In this document: piece by piece, positions 43,423-53,020 of the stretch
Layout of the letters: the number at the start of each line of letters is the position of its first letter
How positions within the stretch are numbered: the first letter of the stretch is position 1
Source: Salinispira sp.
Lineage (GTDB): Bacteria > Spirochaetota > Spirochaetia > DSM-27196 > Salinispiraceae
NCBI GenBank assembly: GCA_965602015.1
Contig: OZ271918.1
Location: 2,176,001-2,240,000 of the forward strand
Direction: 5' to 3'
Length of the DNA: 64,000 nucleotides
Position numbers and translations under genes: made by a program
Notes under the pieces: model-generated
Databases searched by the model: none
What the model was told of the DNA's origin: nothing
Seen by the model: only the letters and a program-made list of their open reading frames with translations

Positions 43423-46416
43423 CTATAGACCCTTTCGAATAAAGGCGTCCCGATAACCCTTGGCCCGGAACCAAAAGAGCACCGTGCCTTGTTCGTCCTC
43501 GGTGAGGGGACCGACGAAGACCCGGTACAGCGGATTTTCCGCGGCCCCTACCGGCAGAACCGCCAGGGGATAACCGGGAGCTACTTCCTCAACTACCCGT
43601 TTTGCAGACCGGGGGTTGGCGTATGCTCCGACCTGAAGATAATACCCGTCAGGCTGCAGCGTGTATACCAGAGGCAAATTTTCCGTTGCCCAGCGTATGT
43701 CGGGAATCTCCGACGTCACCCGCGGTGAAACCGTAACCGGAGTTTCAACGGTTTCGACCAGTGGTTCCACAGCCAGCTCATCCTGTTCGTCCTCCGCAGG
43801 CGGCCGCTCTGCGCTTTCCTCCAGGAAGACCAGAAGGTCGCCGCTGTCGATGCGCTCTTCAGCGGGCTCCTCGGTCAGCTCCTCGGGCGATTCTTCTTCC
43901 GGCTCCTGTATTGCCAGGTCCGCGGGCTCTTCGAATTCTACCGGATCAGGCTCGTCAAGGGGTTGGGGTTCTTCAACTCCCGGCTCCGTGAGGGCGAGGT
44001 CAAAGTCAGTGTCCTCCTCGCCGGGCATCGGACGGGTAATGCCGTCCTCTGGTTCGCGCAACTCGGGACTTCTGAACTCGGCTTCTTCCAGGGTGACAAT
44101 TACGTCTTCCGGTCTGCCGCCGTCAATGGGAGCCTCGACAGTGAGTTCTTCGCTGACTTCAGCCGTTTCCTCAACCGCTGTTTCTTCATCCACACCCGGC
44201 TCGGAGAGAGCTACATCGATCTCCGTCCGTTCCTCGCCGGGCATGGGCCTGGTGATTCCACCGTCAGCGGATTCGAATGCCACCTCGCCAGGCACCGGAG
44301 GATCGCCGGCGCTGACCTCCGGAGCCTCGGCGCCGAGACGCAGAATGCCCGCCTCAATGCCGAACACCTTCTCCCGGGGCTCATGGCTAATTTCCGGCCT
44401 TGCGGCATCGCCCTGCTCGGCCCGGGGCAGCGGCGTTTCGATGCTGGCCTCAGCGGCAAGCCGGGGTTCCGGCGGACCGGCAAGTCCGGAAAGCACCGAG
44501 TCCTCGGCGTTTATGCGTCCAATTCCGGGGGCCGGGCGGGGGTCGAGGTACTGCGCCAGTGGTATGCGGTCAACCCGGGGGGCTGCATCGGCAGGCGCAG
44601 CGGTCCGTATACTGCTGTTTTCTATTTCATCTACCACATCCGCCTCGGGGAGCGGCAAATCACCGGACGCGATTGCCCGGTCGCGGGCGGGACGCGGGGC
44701 GAACCCCAGGTCGACGCTGGGCAGTTCGTCTTCGAAATCGAAACCGATTTCCGGCACCCGGTCTCCCGGCAGGGTTTCAGCGGCTGCCCGGCGGACGCCA
44801 AGAGAGATCTCGGGAGTTCCGGCGGACTCCACCGGATTGGCCGCTTCACTCAGGGTGACCGAGGGAGGGCGGGTTTCCTCGCCGGTCAGGCGGGGAAGCG
44901 GGACATCCAGGTCTGTGCCGGCGGGGGGCAGGAATAACTGCCTGTCGGGATAGAGTTCGCGTATGCGATTGATCCAGCTCTGAGCCGGATCTTCATCGAG
45001 AGGTCGGGCGAATCCGTCATTGTCCGTTTCATCGGCGGGCATATCATCACCGAGGGCAATATCGTCAGCGGTGTCCGGCAGCACAGCGAGGGCCGGATCG
45101 TCCTCTACCAGCTCTTCTACCAGCTCTTCTACCGGCTCTTCCGCCGGCACATCGGGTTCGATATCCAGGCCGAAGCGTATTGATTCCTCCGTGGGATCCA
45201 GGGGAGAGAGGCTGGTCTCGGGTTCGCCGTCTGCTTCATTTGTCAGGTCGGCTACTTCCGCTTCATCGCCCGGTTCATCCCCATCGGCATCGGCAGGGTC
45301 CTCTACCCGATCGGCATCATATTCCTCGGGCCAAAAACTGTACTCCGGAGCGCTGAGATCGAAGGCGGGGCTTACGGCCATGGTGCCGTCCTGTATCCGG
45401 CTTAGGGCAGAGAGTATGCCCAGCCGGTACACCGGAACAGTTTCGGGAATGCGTACTGCGCGGGATCCGGTCACCGGAGTTTCGCTGCGGATTCCGTCAT
45501 CTAAAATTTGGCCGAGCCCGCTGCTCAAACCTCGGAGTGTCCCCCTGCTCATTTCGGGTCCCTCCACGTTTTGCGGGATATCTTCTGGTAAAGCGACATC
45601 CGGTCTTTCATCGCTGAGGGTTTCGACTTCCCGTACAGGATCGAGGGGTTCATTTTCGCTCTGCAGCGACTGGTCGGGCATGGGGGCTTGCGGTACTTCG
45701 CTGAGCGTTGCTTCCGGGGTTTGTGTATCGGAGACTTCTTCGTCGTCTTCCTCAACCGGCTCTTCGGGAAAAAGGTCCGCCAGCGGCGGGGTGTCGAATT
45801 CTTCAACTATAATAAATGCCTCTTCGCTGCTAATGTCCCGGGGCTCGTCGCTCAGGACCTCACTGGACCGGTTTTCTTCCACCGGAGCTGCGGGCCCGGA
45901 TGCCGGCTCGTCCTCAACGGGTTCATCCCGCCGGGAGACCCGGTCGGGACGGAGAAGCGGATTATCTATTTCGGGAATTTCCGAGCCGGGGTTGAACACA
46001 AACTCGTTCGGGTCGGAAAAGGCCGCTCTTGGATTAACCTCCGGATCCGTTGAGAACGGGAGGTCCCGGTTTGCATCCACCGAGGTCAGTCCCGGCACAC
46101 TCACCGGACTGGCCACCAGGCTCAAAGCGCTGGTTCCCGTGACATCCAGGGCTTCAGCCGCCTCGTCGGACAGAATCATAAAAATACCCGGTTCGGAGAC
46201 CCGGGAGACGATAATGACTTCGATCCGTTCACCGGTAGAAGGATTGCGCAGCTCGACCAGGGTATTACGGGCGAAACTGCTGCTTGCTGCAAAAAACCCC
46301 TCGGCGGGGAACTCGCCGCTTCTTCCCCGGACAGCCAGGCCTTCGTAGACCTCCTGGGCAAGCAGGGGAAACCCCGCGAGTATCAGAATCAGCACAATAG
46401 AAACGATTTTTCTCAT
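43423..46416 (-). CDS. Large acidic exported protein with RlpA-like N-terminus and C-terminal SPOR domain
   Basis: Signal peptide; YYLQVGAYAN..YRVFVGP..GYRDAFIR SPOR motif; long D/E/P-rich linker. Confidence 0.85.
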   Translation of the reverse strand: MRKIVSIVLILILAGFPLLAQEVYEGLAVRGRSGEFPAEGFFAASSSFARNTLVELRNPSTGERIEVIIVSRVSEPGIFMILSDEAAEALDVTGTSALSLVASPVSVPGLTSVDANRDLPFSTDPEVNPRAAFSDPNEFVFNPGSEIPEIDNPLLRPDRVSRRDEPVEDEPASGPAAPVEENRSSEVLSDEPRDISSEEAFIIVEEFDTPPLADLFPEEPVEEDDEEVSDTQTPEATLSEVPQAPMPDQSLQSENEPLDPVREVETLSDERPDVALPEDIPQNVEGPEMSRGTLRGLSSGLGQILDDGIRSETPVTGSRAVRIPETVPVYRLGILSALSRIQDGTMAVSPAFDLSAPEYSFWPEEYDADRVEDPADADGDEPGDEAEVADLTNEADGEPETSLSPLDPTEESIRFGLDIEPDVPAEEPVEELVEELVEDDPALAVLPDTADDIALGDDMPADETDNDGFARPLDEDPAQSWINRIRELYPDRQLFLPPAGTDLDVPLPRLTGEETRPPSVTLSEAANPVESAGTPEISLGVRRAAAETLPGDRVPEIGFDFEDELPSVDLGFAPRPARDRAIASGDLPLPEADVVDEIENSSIRTAAPADAAPRVDRIPLAQYLDPRPAPGIGRINAEDSVLSGLAGPPEPRLAAEASIETPLPRAEQGDAARPEISHEPREKVFGIEAGILRLGAEAPEVSAGDPPVPGEVAFESADGGITRPMPGEERTEIDVALSEPGVDEETAVEETAEVSEELTVEAPIDGGRPEDVIVTLEEAEFRSPELREPEDGITRPMPGEEDTDFDLALTEPGVEEPQPLDEPDPVEFEEPADLAIQEPEEESPEELTEEPAEERIDSGDLLVFLEESAERPPAEDEQDELAVEPLVETVETPVTVSPRVTSEIPDIRWATENLPLVYTLQPDGYYLQVGAYANPRSAKRVVEEVAPGYPLAVLPVGAAENPLYRVFVGPLTEDEQGTVLFWFRAKGYRDAFIRKGL

Positions 46417-46429
46417 AACGTCCTCTCAC

Positions 46430-46960
46430 TCAAAACAGATCGACGCCGGTTAAGCGATTTATCAGGATGCGGGAAGCTTCTTGACCGTTAACCCGAAGAG
46501 CCGCGGGATCTTCATAGATCACCACTTCCCTGGCAAGACGTTCGGGTCCGCTTGGGAGCCGGTATATTTCACATTCCAGCGAGGCGAGTTGGAGCTGCTC
46601 CTCATTCTCGCCGCTGAAAAATAATCGAAGGTAGATAAGTGTTTGGGCGCCGCCCTGGGCGGCTTCCAGGCGGCGGTTCGCCAGGTTGCTTTCCTGATCC
46701 AGGCCCTCGGGCATCTGCGATGGATCGAGGATAACAAGCCCCGGAGCATTAAACACGATATGTCCGCCGTCAAAGAGTTCATCCATGATGCCGGTTTCAA
46801 CATCCATGCTCGTCTGCGAGATATACAGGCTGCCCGCCAGTTCTTCGGGGGTGTCGACCACCAGGTCGTAGCTCACCATCACCGTACTTGCAAAGGCCGC
46901 AGCTGCGGTCAGGAAAACGAGGGTACACAGCATGATAAAACGGGATTTACTGGTCATCAT
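46430..46960 (-). CDS. Hypothetical exported protein
   Basis: Signal peptide ending AFA; ETGIMDELFDGGHIVFNA; GGAGG RBS. Confidence 0.7.
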   Translation of the reverse strand: MMTSKSRFIMLCTLVFLTAAAAFASTVMVSYDLVVDTPEELAGSLYISQTSMDVETGIMDELFDGGHIVFNAPGLVILDPSQMPEGLDQESNLANRRLEAAQGGAQTLIYLRLFFSGENEEQLQLASLECEIYRLPSGPERLAREVVIYEDPAALRVNGQEASRILINRLTGVDLF

Positions 46961-47012
46961 GATATTCCTCCTCTTTCAGTGTCGGCACCTGGCTCCGCTT
47001 CTGTAGTCAATA

Positions 47013-47041
47013 TTGATGGAAGGTCCGCAACGTGGTAGGGT
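47013..47041 (+). promoter_or_regulatory. Putative sigma70 promoter of loaP (near-leaderless)
   Basis: TTGATG, 17 nt, TAGGGT with extended TG; -10 ends 10 nt before the ATG. Confidence 0.4.
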
Positions 47042-47050
47042 CGAACGGGT

Positions 47051-47602
47051 ATGAATCTGTTCGTTCTGCAATGCCTGTCCGGCAAAGAAGATCTGGTGAG
47101 GAAAAAGCTGAGCCTGTCGGCGGGAAGCGAGTTACCCGAGATTTTTATCCCCCGCCGGAAAATGAAGATCCGTCGCGGTGGCCGGACCCTCCAGGAAGAA
47201 TACGTCCTCTTTCCAGGCTACCTCTTTTTTCACTGCGAATCCGTAAACCAGACGCTTGTTCAGTGGTGCCGCGAGATTCCCGAGGCCCTCCGGTTTCTTC
47301 CGGATAACCGGGAAATCCAGCCGTTGAGACCCGATGAACGGGAACTTCTTTCACGGCTGCTCTTCCAGGGAGAGATTATTGGAGATTCGGCGGTCCGCTT
47401 TAATACCAACAACAGAATTGAAGTGGTCCGCGGCCCGCTCAAGGGTTTCGAGGGGCAGATTATAAAGGTGAACCGCCGCAAGGGACGGGCAAAAGTACGC
47501 TTGGACATGTACGACCGCTCATTCGAAGTAGATTTTAGTTTTTTCGACATTGAAAAGTCACTTTTGTCCGATAGTTCAGCTATGGAGCAGAGCAGAGGGT
47601 GA
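47051..47602 (+). CDS. loaP: NusG-paralogue antiterminator (LoaP-like)
   Basis: FVLQCLSGKE, LFPGYLF, KOW domain VVRGPLKGFEGQIIKVNRRKGRAKVRLDMY with the basic RRKGR motif. Confidence 0.8.
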   Translation: MNLFVLQCLSGKEDLVRKKLSLSAGSELPEIFIPRRKMKIRRGGRTLQEEYVLFPGYLFFHCESVNQTLVQWCREIPEALRFLPDNREIQPLRPDERELLSRLLFQGEIIGDSAVRFNTNNRIEVVRGPLKGFEGQIIKVNRRKGRAKVRLDMYDRSFEVDFSFFDIEKSLLSDSSAMEQSRG

Positions 47603-49077
47603 ATACGCAGAACAGTGACTCGGGACAACTCTATATAATAGGAGCGGGATTCGCCGGACAGTCATTGGCAACGGATATTCGGCGAAAAAGCATTTACGGC
47701 ACGCCGGCGGCCTTCCTCGACGATGATCCGGATAAGATAGGCAGTCATATCGAGGGCATTCCCGTCCTCGGGCCTATTGACGATGTGGCGAACCTCCTCC
47801 AACCCAGCGGAAACGACCGGGCGATTATAGCCATGCCGTCGGTGAGCCGGGAACGGCTGAGGGAAATGTTTCTCCTTTTAAAGGGCAGGAAATTCAGCAG
47901 CATCAAAATTCTGCCCGACATGGAGCAGATAATCGAAGGGTCTGCCCACATGGTGCAGACCCGGGAAATTGATCCTCAGGACCTTCTGCTTCGCAAACCG
48001 GTGCAGATCGGATTGGTGGAGAGCATCCGCTACCTCCGTGGGAAGCGGGTTCTTATTACCGGCGCCGGCGGCAGCATCGGCAGCGAGCTGTCGCGCCAGC
48101 TACTGTACGGCGGCGCGAGCCGCCTGTATCTCTTCGGTCACGGCGAAAACAGCATCTACGAAATTGACCGGGAGCTGCGGCTCCTTCAGCAGGAGGGCAT
48201 AGGGGAGAAGGCGACCATCGTCCCGATAATCGGCGAGCTACAGGACCCGCAGTACATGAAGTTCATCCTCCCCCGTTTAAAACCCGACGTAATTTTTCAC
48301 ACCGCCGCCTACAAGCACGTACCGATGATGGAGCACAACCCGGTAATGGCGGTGAAAAACAATCTCTTCGGAACGAAAAACCTTCTCGACGGAATGGAAC
48401 TCCTCAGTGACAGCCGGCTGGTGCTGATATCCACCGACAAGGTGGTGGAGCCCAGGAGCATATACGGTGCGAGCAAGCGGCTGGCCGAAGAGCTGGTGCT
48501 TCAACGGAGCCATGAGAGCAACGCGTTTATGGTCGTCCGGTTCGGAAATGTCCTGGGCTCAAGGGGAAGCATCGTTCCCCTTTTCAAAAAGCAAATCCTC
48601 ACCGGTGGGCCGGTTACCCTGACCCACCCCGACATGCGGCGGTTTTTTATGACAATTCCCGAAGCCGCCAGCCTGGTTCTCAAGGCCGGCGGAGTGGGCA
48701 CCACAGGCAGCCTCTACACCCTGGAGATGGGGCAGCCGGTTATCATCAGAGAACTCGCCGAGCAGATGATCAGATTCTACGGGCTGGAGCCCGATGAAGA
48801 TGTGAAAATCGAATATATCGGCATCCGCCCGGGGGAAAAACTGGAGGAATGCCTCCACGAAGACGGAGAGCTGAGCAGCGAGACCGGCTTTCCCGGGATC
48901 CGGCAGGTCGCTAAAAAGCCCCACTCCCCGGATTTGCAGGGTCTGGTAGATGAACTTGAAGAGATTTGCTACCTGCAGGGCGACGGTTCGGGATACCGCA
49001 ACCGCCGGCTTCTGAGAAGCGCCATCGCCAAACGGCTGCCGAGCCTGGAGATACCCGAAGATGAACCGGAATACTGA
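47599..49077 (+). CDS. UDP-sugar 4,6-dehydratase (CapD/PglF-like, no TM domain)
   Basis: ITGAGGSIGSEL, FHTAAYKHVPMME, STDK, YGASK, VRFGNVLGSRGS, RPGEKL. Confidence 0.92.
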   Translation: MNTQNSDSGQLYIIGAGFAGQSLATDIRRKSIYGTPAAFLDDDPDKIGSHIEGIPVLGPIDDVANLLQPSGNDRAIIAMPSVSRERLREMFLLLKGRKFSSIKILPDMEQIIEGSAHMVQTREIDPQDLLLRKPVQIGLVESIRYLRGKRVLITGAGGSIGSELSRQLLYGGASRLYLFGHGENSIYEIDRELRLLQQEGIGEKATIVPIIGELQDPQYMKFILPRLKPDVIFHTAAYKHVPMMEHNPVMAVKNNLFGTKNLLDGMELLSDSRLVLISTDKVVEPRSIYGASKRLAEELVLQRSHESNAFMVVRFGNVLGSRGSIVPLFKKQILTGGPVTLTHPDMRRFFMTIPEAASLVLKAGGVGTTGSLYTLEMGQPVIIRELAEQMIRFYGLEPDEDVKIEYIGIRPGEKLEECLHEDGELSSETGFPGIRQVAKKPHSPDLQGLVDELEEICYLQGDGSGYRNRRLLRSAIAKRLPSLEIPEDEPEY

Positions 49078-50341
49078 CCCGATACCCTACTCCCGCCCCG
49101 AGTTGGGCGCTGAGGAAGAACAGGCCGTACTGGAGGTTCTGCGAAGCGGATGGCTCACCACCGGCAAACGGACCCTTGATTTCGAGAGGGAGTTTGCTCT
49201 GGCAGCGGCTCCCGGCGGAGAGTACCGGGCGTTGGCGGTCAGCTCGGCAACCGCCGGTCTGCACATCGGCATACGCGCCCTCAATCTTCCGCCGGGGTCT
49301 GCGGTGGCTCTGAGCCCCTACACATTCGCCGCCAGCATTAACAGTATTTTATACAACGGCCTTGAGCCTCTTTTGGTGGATTGCCTGCCCGGGGGATACC
49401 ATCTGGATCCTGCAGCTTTGGAAGCGGCGATAACGCGCCGGGGCAAGAAAACCCTCGTCAGGTCCAACTCAGCCGCACGGCGGTCCGGCCTTGCGGGGCT
49501 TGCCGGCCGGGCGCGGGAGCTGCGGGCGGTTATGCCCGTTCATTTCGCAGGATGGGAGGAAGGGGGACAAGAAATCGATGAGATTGCCTCGGCCTGCGGT
49601 TTGGAAGTGATTGAAGATGCGGCCCACAGCTACCCGGCCCGCAGGACTGACCGCGGTACGTACGCCCAGGGCACCCGGGGCAGGTTCGGCGTCTTCTCCT
49701 TTTACGCGAACAAAACCATCACCACCGGCGAAGGCGGGATGATTCTCACTGCGGACCATGAACTGGCCAAACGCATTACCAGCTACCGGCTTCACGGCAT
49801 AAGCCGGGAGGTTTGGGACCGCTACACATCCGACAAACCATCGTATCACTATGACATCGAGCTGCCGGGTTATAAATACAACCTGCCCGATATTCTTTCA
49901 GCCATCGGACTTGTGCAGCTCCGACGGGCCGAGCAGCTGGCTGAGCGGCGGAGGAAAATTGCCATGGGCTATGCGGCGGCCTTTGCCGACCGGGATTGGA
50001 TTATCCCCCCTCCGGGCAGTCAAAATGAGATTCCCCGTTCCCATTCATGGCATATTTACAGCCTCCGGCTCGTGCTTCCCCGGCTGAGCATTACCCGGGA
50101 CGAGTTCATTTGCCTGCTGTCCGAGCGGGGAATCGGCAGCTCGGTACACTTTATTCCCCTCCACCTGATGAGCTACTACCGCAAGCGCTTCGGCTTCAAG
50201 CCCGGACAGTTTCCCAGGGCAATGGAAGCCTTTGAATCCACCATCAGCCTCCCGATGTTTCCCGGCCTGGATGAGGATGAAATGAGGCGCGTAATTGATG
50301 AAGTGCTGGAAATCGGTGATACTCATTACAGGGGCGCTTAA
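49061..50341 (+). CDS. DegT/DnrJ/EryC1/StrS aminotransferase
   Basis: SGWLTTG, SSATAGLH, IEDAAH, FSFYANKTITTGEGG (PLP lysine present). Confidence 0.93.
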   Translation: MNRNTDPIPYSRPELGAEEEQAVLEVLRSGWLTTGKRTLDFEREFALAAAPGGEYRALAVSSATAGLHIGIRALNLPPGSAVALSPYTFAASINSILYNGLEPLLVDCLPGGYHLDPAALEAAITRRGKKTLVRSNSAARRSGLAGLAGRARELRAVMPVHFAGWEEGGQEIDEIASACGLEVIEDAAHSYPARRTDRGTYAQGTRGRFGVFSFYANKTITTGEGGMILTADHELAKRITSYRLHGISREVWDRYTSDKPSYHYDIELPGYKYNLPDILSAIGLVQLRRAEQLAERRRKIAMGYAAAFADRDWIIPPPGSQNEIPRSHSWHIYSLRLVLPRLSITRDEFICLLSERGIGSSVHFIPLHLMSYYRKRFGFKPGQFPRAMEAFESTISLPMFPGLDEDEMRRVIDEVLEIGDTHYRGA

Positions 50342-50373
50342 CATCTCATAACCGGGCTCCTTCGGGATCATCA

Positions 50374-52536
50374 ATGGTAAACAGACGCAGCGTACAGGAC
50401 ATTCTCTCCGGCAGCAGCATATTCCTGCACGAGTACCAGGTGCGCGACGGTTGGTACTGCCGTATTCTCCGCTCCACCATTATTCGGGGACGCATAAAGC
50501 GGGTGCTGGTGGACCCGGAATTTATTTCCGCCGGGGCCTATCTGATACAGCGCAAGGATATCAGCGGGGACGCCGACCTGTCGATTTTCGACGAATCCAT
50601 TCCCATTCTCGCCGGGGAGGAGATCCATTTCTTCGGTCAGCCGGTGGCGCTTCTGGTCGCGCCGGCGATTGACCTTCTCAACGCTACCGAGAAAATGATC
50701 CAGATCAGATACGACGAGTTTCCCAGCCTCCCGGAGCGGCTTGTCGATCCTCAGCAGATTTACCGGGAGGAGGAAAAGAGCATCGGCAACCCGGGTCTGA
50801 TGTGGGAGAAAAGCAGTGAATCGGTGGAAAGCAGCTACTACCTCGGTCCCCAGACCGACGTGCGTCACGAGGGAACCGGCGCGAGGGTGCAGCGGGTCGA
50901 CGGGGAACTGCGAATCGTCGCGCCTACCATCTGGCCCCAACTCATCGCCGACTCACTCCACAGGGCCACCGGGGTGGAAAAGGACCGAATCAATATTCAG
51001 CCGACGAATCCCGGGGTGTTTCACGACCACCTCATGGTAGACGGCACCTTGAACGCCTTGTACGCGGGGATCGCCGCGGATGTCACCGGAAGGAATATCA
51101 TTCTGGATATCAGCGAAGAAGAACGGCTGTTGTTCGGCACCCGTCAACCGCCCATTTACGTGAAGCACCGCCTCGGTTTGGGTGCAGACAAGGAGGTGCT
51201 GGTCAACGACGTGGTTGTGGACGTGAACACCGGAGCCTTTGGTTTGTTTACTACGGAGATGGTCAACCAGATCCTCGCCGCCGCGCCAGGACTGTACAAA
51301 AGCGCGTCATGGCGCCTGCGAATCCATCTGTACCGGAGCAATCTTCCGCCCATGAGCATATTTCACGGGTTTCCCGTCACCCTGCTTCAAATCCCGGCGG
51401 AAATTCAGGCCAACCGCATTGCAGAGATAAATCAGGAAAATCCCGCCGAATGGCGTTTGAGGAACCTGCTGGGCCCCGGCGATACCGCTCCACCGGAATT
51501 TACCGTTAAAAAAAGAATGGATGACGGGGGACTTATTGAGGAACTGGACCGGATTTCGGATTTCAGCCGGAAGTACGGTGCCTGCGAACTGCTGCGCAAA
51601 CGACGGGATCCCGGGGAGATTTTCAGCAACCTGGGTTCGCGGATGCGCCTCAAGGGAGTGGGCATGGCCTTCGGCTTTCAACCCGCGGGCTTCAGCCGGA
51701 CCACCGAAAAAGCCATCCAGCCGAAGGTCAAGCTGCGTCTGGAAACCGACGGCTCGCTTCACGCATACATGACCACCGCGCCCGGCGCATCGGCGGCCAA
51801 ACTCTATATCCGCAGAATAATCAAGGAAGAGCTGAACATCGAAGCGGATCAGATCGTCCTTCACACCAAGGATTGCCGGGAGATACCCGATTCAGGCCCG
51901 GTATGTCTCTCCCGATCCATCACCGTGGTAATGGACATACTCAGACAGGCTTGCCGCCGGCTGCAGAAAAAGCGCTTTAACGATCCCCTTCCGCTGGAGG
52001 TCATCGGCGCGCTCCGGAATCCCCGAAAGCAGGACTGGAACCAGGATATCTACAAGGGCGATCCGTTTCTCTACCGCAGCTATGGCGCCCTGGCCCTGGA
52101 AGTCGAAGTGGATCCCATCACCTATATTCCGGAGATTTCCGGAATCTGGATGTTCGTCGATGCGCCTCACCTTCTCAATGTAAACCAGGCCAGGTCAGCC
52201 CTCGAGGGAAGTATCATTCAATGTCTCGAATGGGTCCGGGGCTGGCACGGCGAGTTCAGCGGCGGTGTCCTGGATCTAAAAGGCGCGGATATCCGCAATT
52301 ATCGGGAAAGCAGCCGAGTTCCCCGGATTACCATTGATTTCAAGAGGGAGCGGGACGGGAGTAAAAGCACGGGCAGCCAAAGCGGGTTTCGGGATCTGCC
52401 CTACGCCCTGGTGCCCGCCGCATATCTTTCGGCATTGAGCCAGGCCACCGGGGGATACTTCGATCGGATTCCCGCTGACAGCGAGATGATTTATTCCTAC
52501 GTCCAGTCGGAGGATGAGAATGAAGATACGGACTGA
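50374..52536 (+). CDS. Xanthine dehydrogenase/aldehyde oxidase large-subunit homologue, degenerate
   Basis: ILRSTIIRGRI, GQPVALLVA, NPAEWRLRNL, EVEVDPIT fold motifs; Moco motifs altered. Confidence 0.8.
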   Translation: MVNRRSVQDILSGSSIFLHEYQVRDGWYCRILRSTIIRGRIKRVLVDPEFISAGAYLIQRKDISGDADLSIFDESIPILAGEEIHFFGQPVALLVAPAIDLLNATEKMIQIRYDEFPSLPERLVDPQQIYREEEKSIGNPGLMWEKSSESVESSYYLGPQTDVRHEGTGARVQRVDGELRIVAPTIWPQLIADSLHRATGVEKDRINIQPTNPGVFHDHLMVDGTLNALYAGIAADVTGRNIILDISEEERLLFGTRQPPIYVKHRLGLGADKEVLVNDVVVDVNTGAFGLFTTEMVNQILAAAPGLYKSASWRLRIHLYRSNLPPMSIFHGFPVTLLQIPAEIQANRIAEINQENPAEWRLRNLLGPGDTAPPEFTVKKRMDDGGLIEELDRISDFSRKYGACELLRKRRDPGEIFSNLGSRMRLKGVGMAFGFQPAGFSRTTEKAIQPKVKLRLETDGSLHAYMTTAPGASAAKLYIRRIIKEELNIEADQIVLHTKDCREIPDSGPVCLSRSITVVMDILRQACRRLQKKRFNDPLPLEVIGALRNPRKQDWNQDIYKGDPFLYRSYGALALEVEVDPITYIPEISGIWMFVDAPHLLNVNQARSALEGSIIQCLEWVRGWHGEFSGGVLDLKGADIRNYRESSRVPRITIDFKRERDGSKSTGSQSGFRDLPYALVPAAYLSALSQATGGYFDRIPADSEMIYSYVQSEDENEDTD

Positions 52537-53020
52537 ATTCTACCTCAACGGTGAACAGCAGGTGAGGGAACTGGATGCCAGCACCAGCCTCATGGATTTG
52601 CTTCGCGGAGAATTCGGCCAGAAGTATCTCCGGGAGGGCTGCCGCAGGGGGCATTGCGGAGCCTGTACCGTGCTGATGGACGACTATCCCGTGGCATCAT
52701 GTCTCGTGCCGGCCTTTAATCTGGCGGGAACCCATATAGAAACCCTCATGGGACTCATGGAAGAAGAGGATTTTTCCCTCATCGAAACCGGTTTCCTTCA
52801 GACCGGCTTTACTCCCTGCAAGTACTGCGCTCCGGCGAAGATCATGATTACCGAATCCATTCTGAGGCAGGACGGGGGTCCCCCTTCTGAGGAAACGATT
52901 TTGCGTTATACCAGGGATTCCTGGTGCAACTGCACGAGCAAGGCGGGCTTCGTCCGGGCAGTTCAGGCTGCCGACGCCCTGAGGCGGAAACGGAGGGCTG
53001 CGAATGCGAATCGCCGATGA
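52520..53020 (+). CDS. 2x[2Fe-2S] small subunit (CoxS/XdhC-like)
   Basis: EGCRRGHCGACTVL..SCL, PCKYC and CNC. Confidence 0.9.
   Translation: MKIRTEFYLNGEQQVRELDASTSLMDLLRGEFGQKYLREGCRRGHCGACTVLMDDYPVASCLVPAFNLAGTHIETLMGLMEEEDFSLIETGFLQTGFTPCKYCAPAKIMITESILRQDGGPPSEETILRYTRDSWCNCTSKAGFVRAVQAADALRRKRRAANANRR

Noticed and set aside
43661..46348. Long Ser-rich plus-strand ORFs (430 and 442 aa)
   Set aside because: Antisense shadows of the Glu/Asp-rich SPOR gene.
47031..47044. CGTGGTAGGGTCG as an RfaH ops element
   Set aside because: Imperfect match that coincides with a plausible extended -10 box, so it is probably not transcribed.
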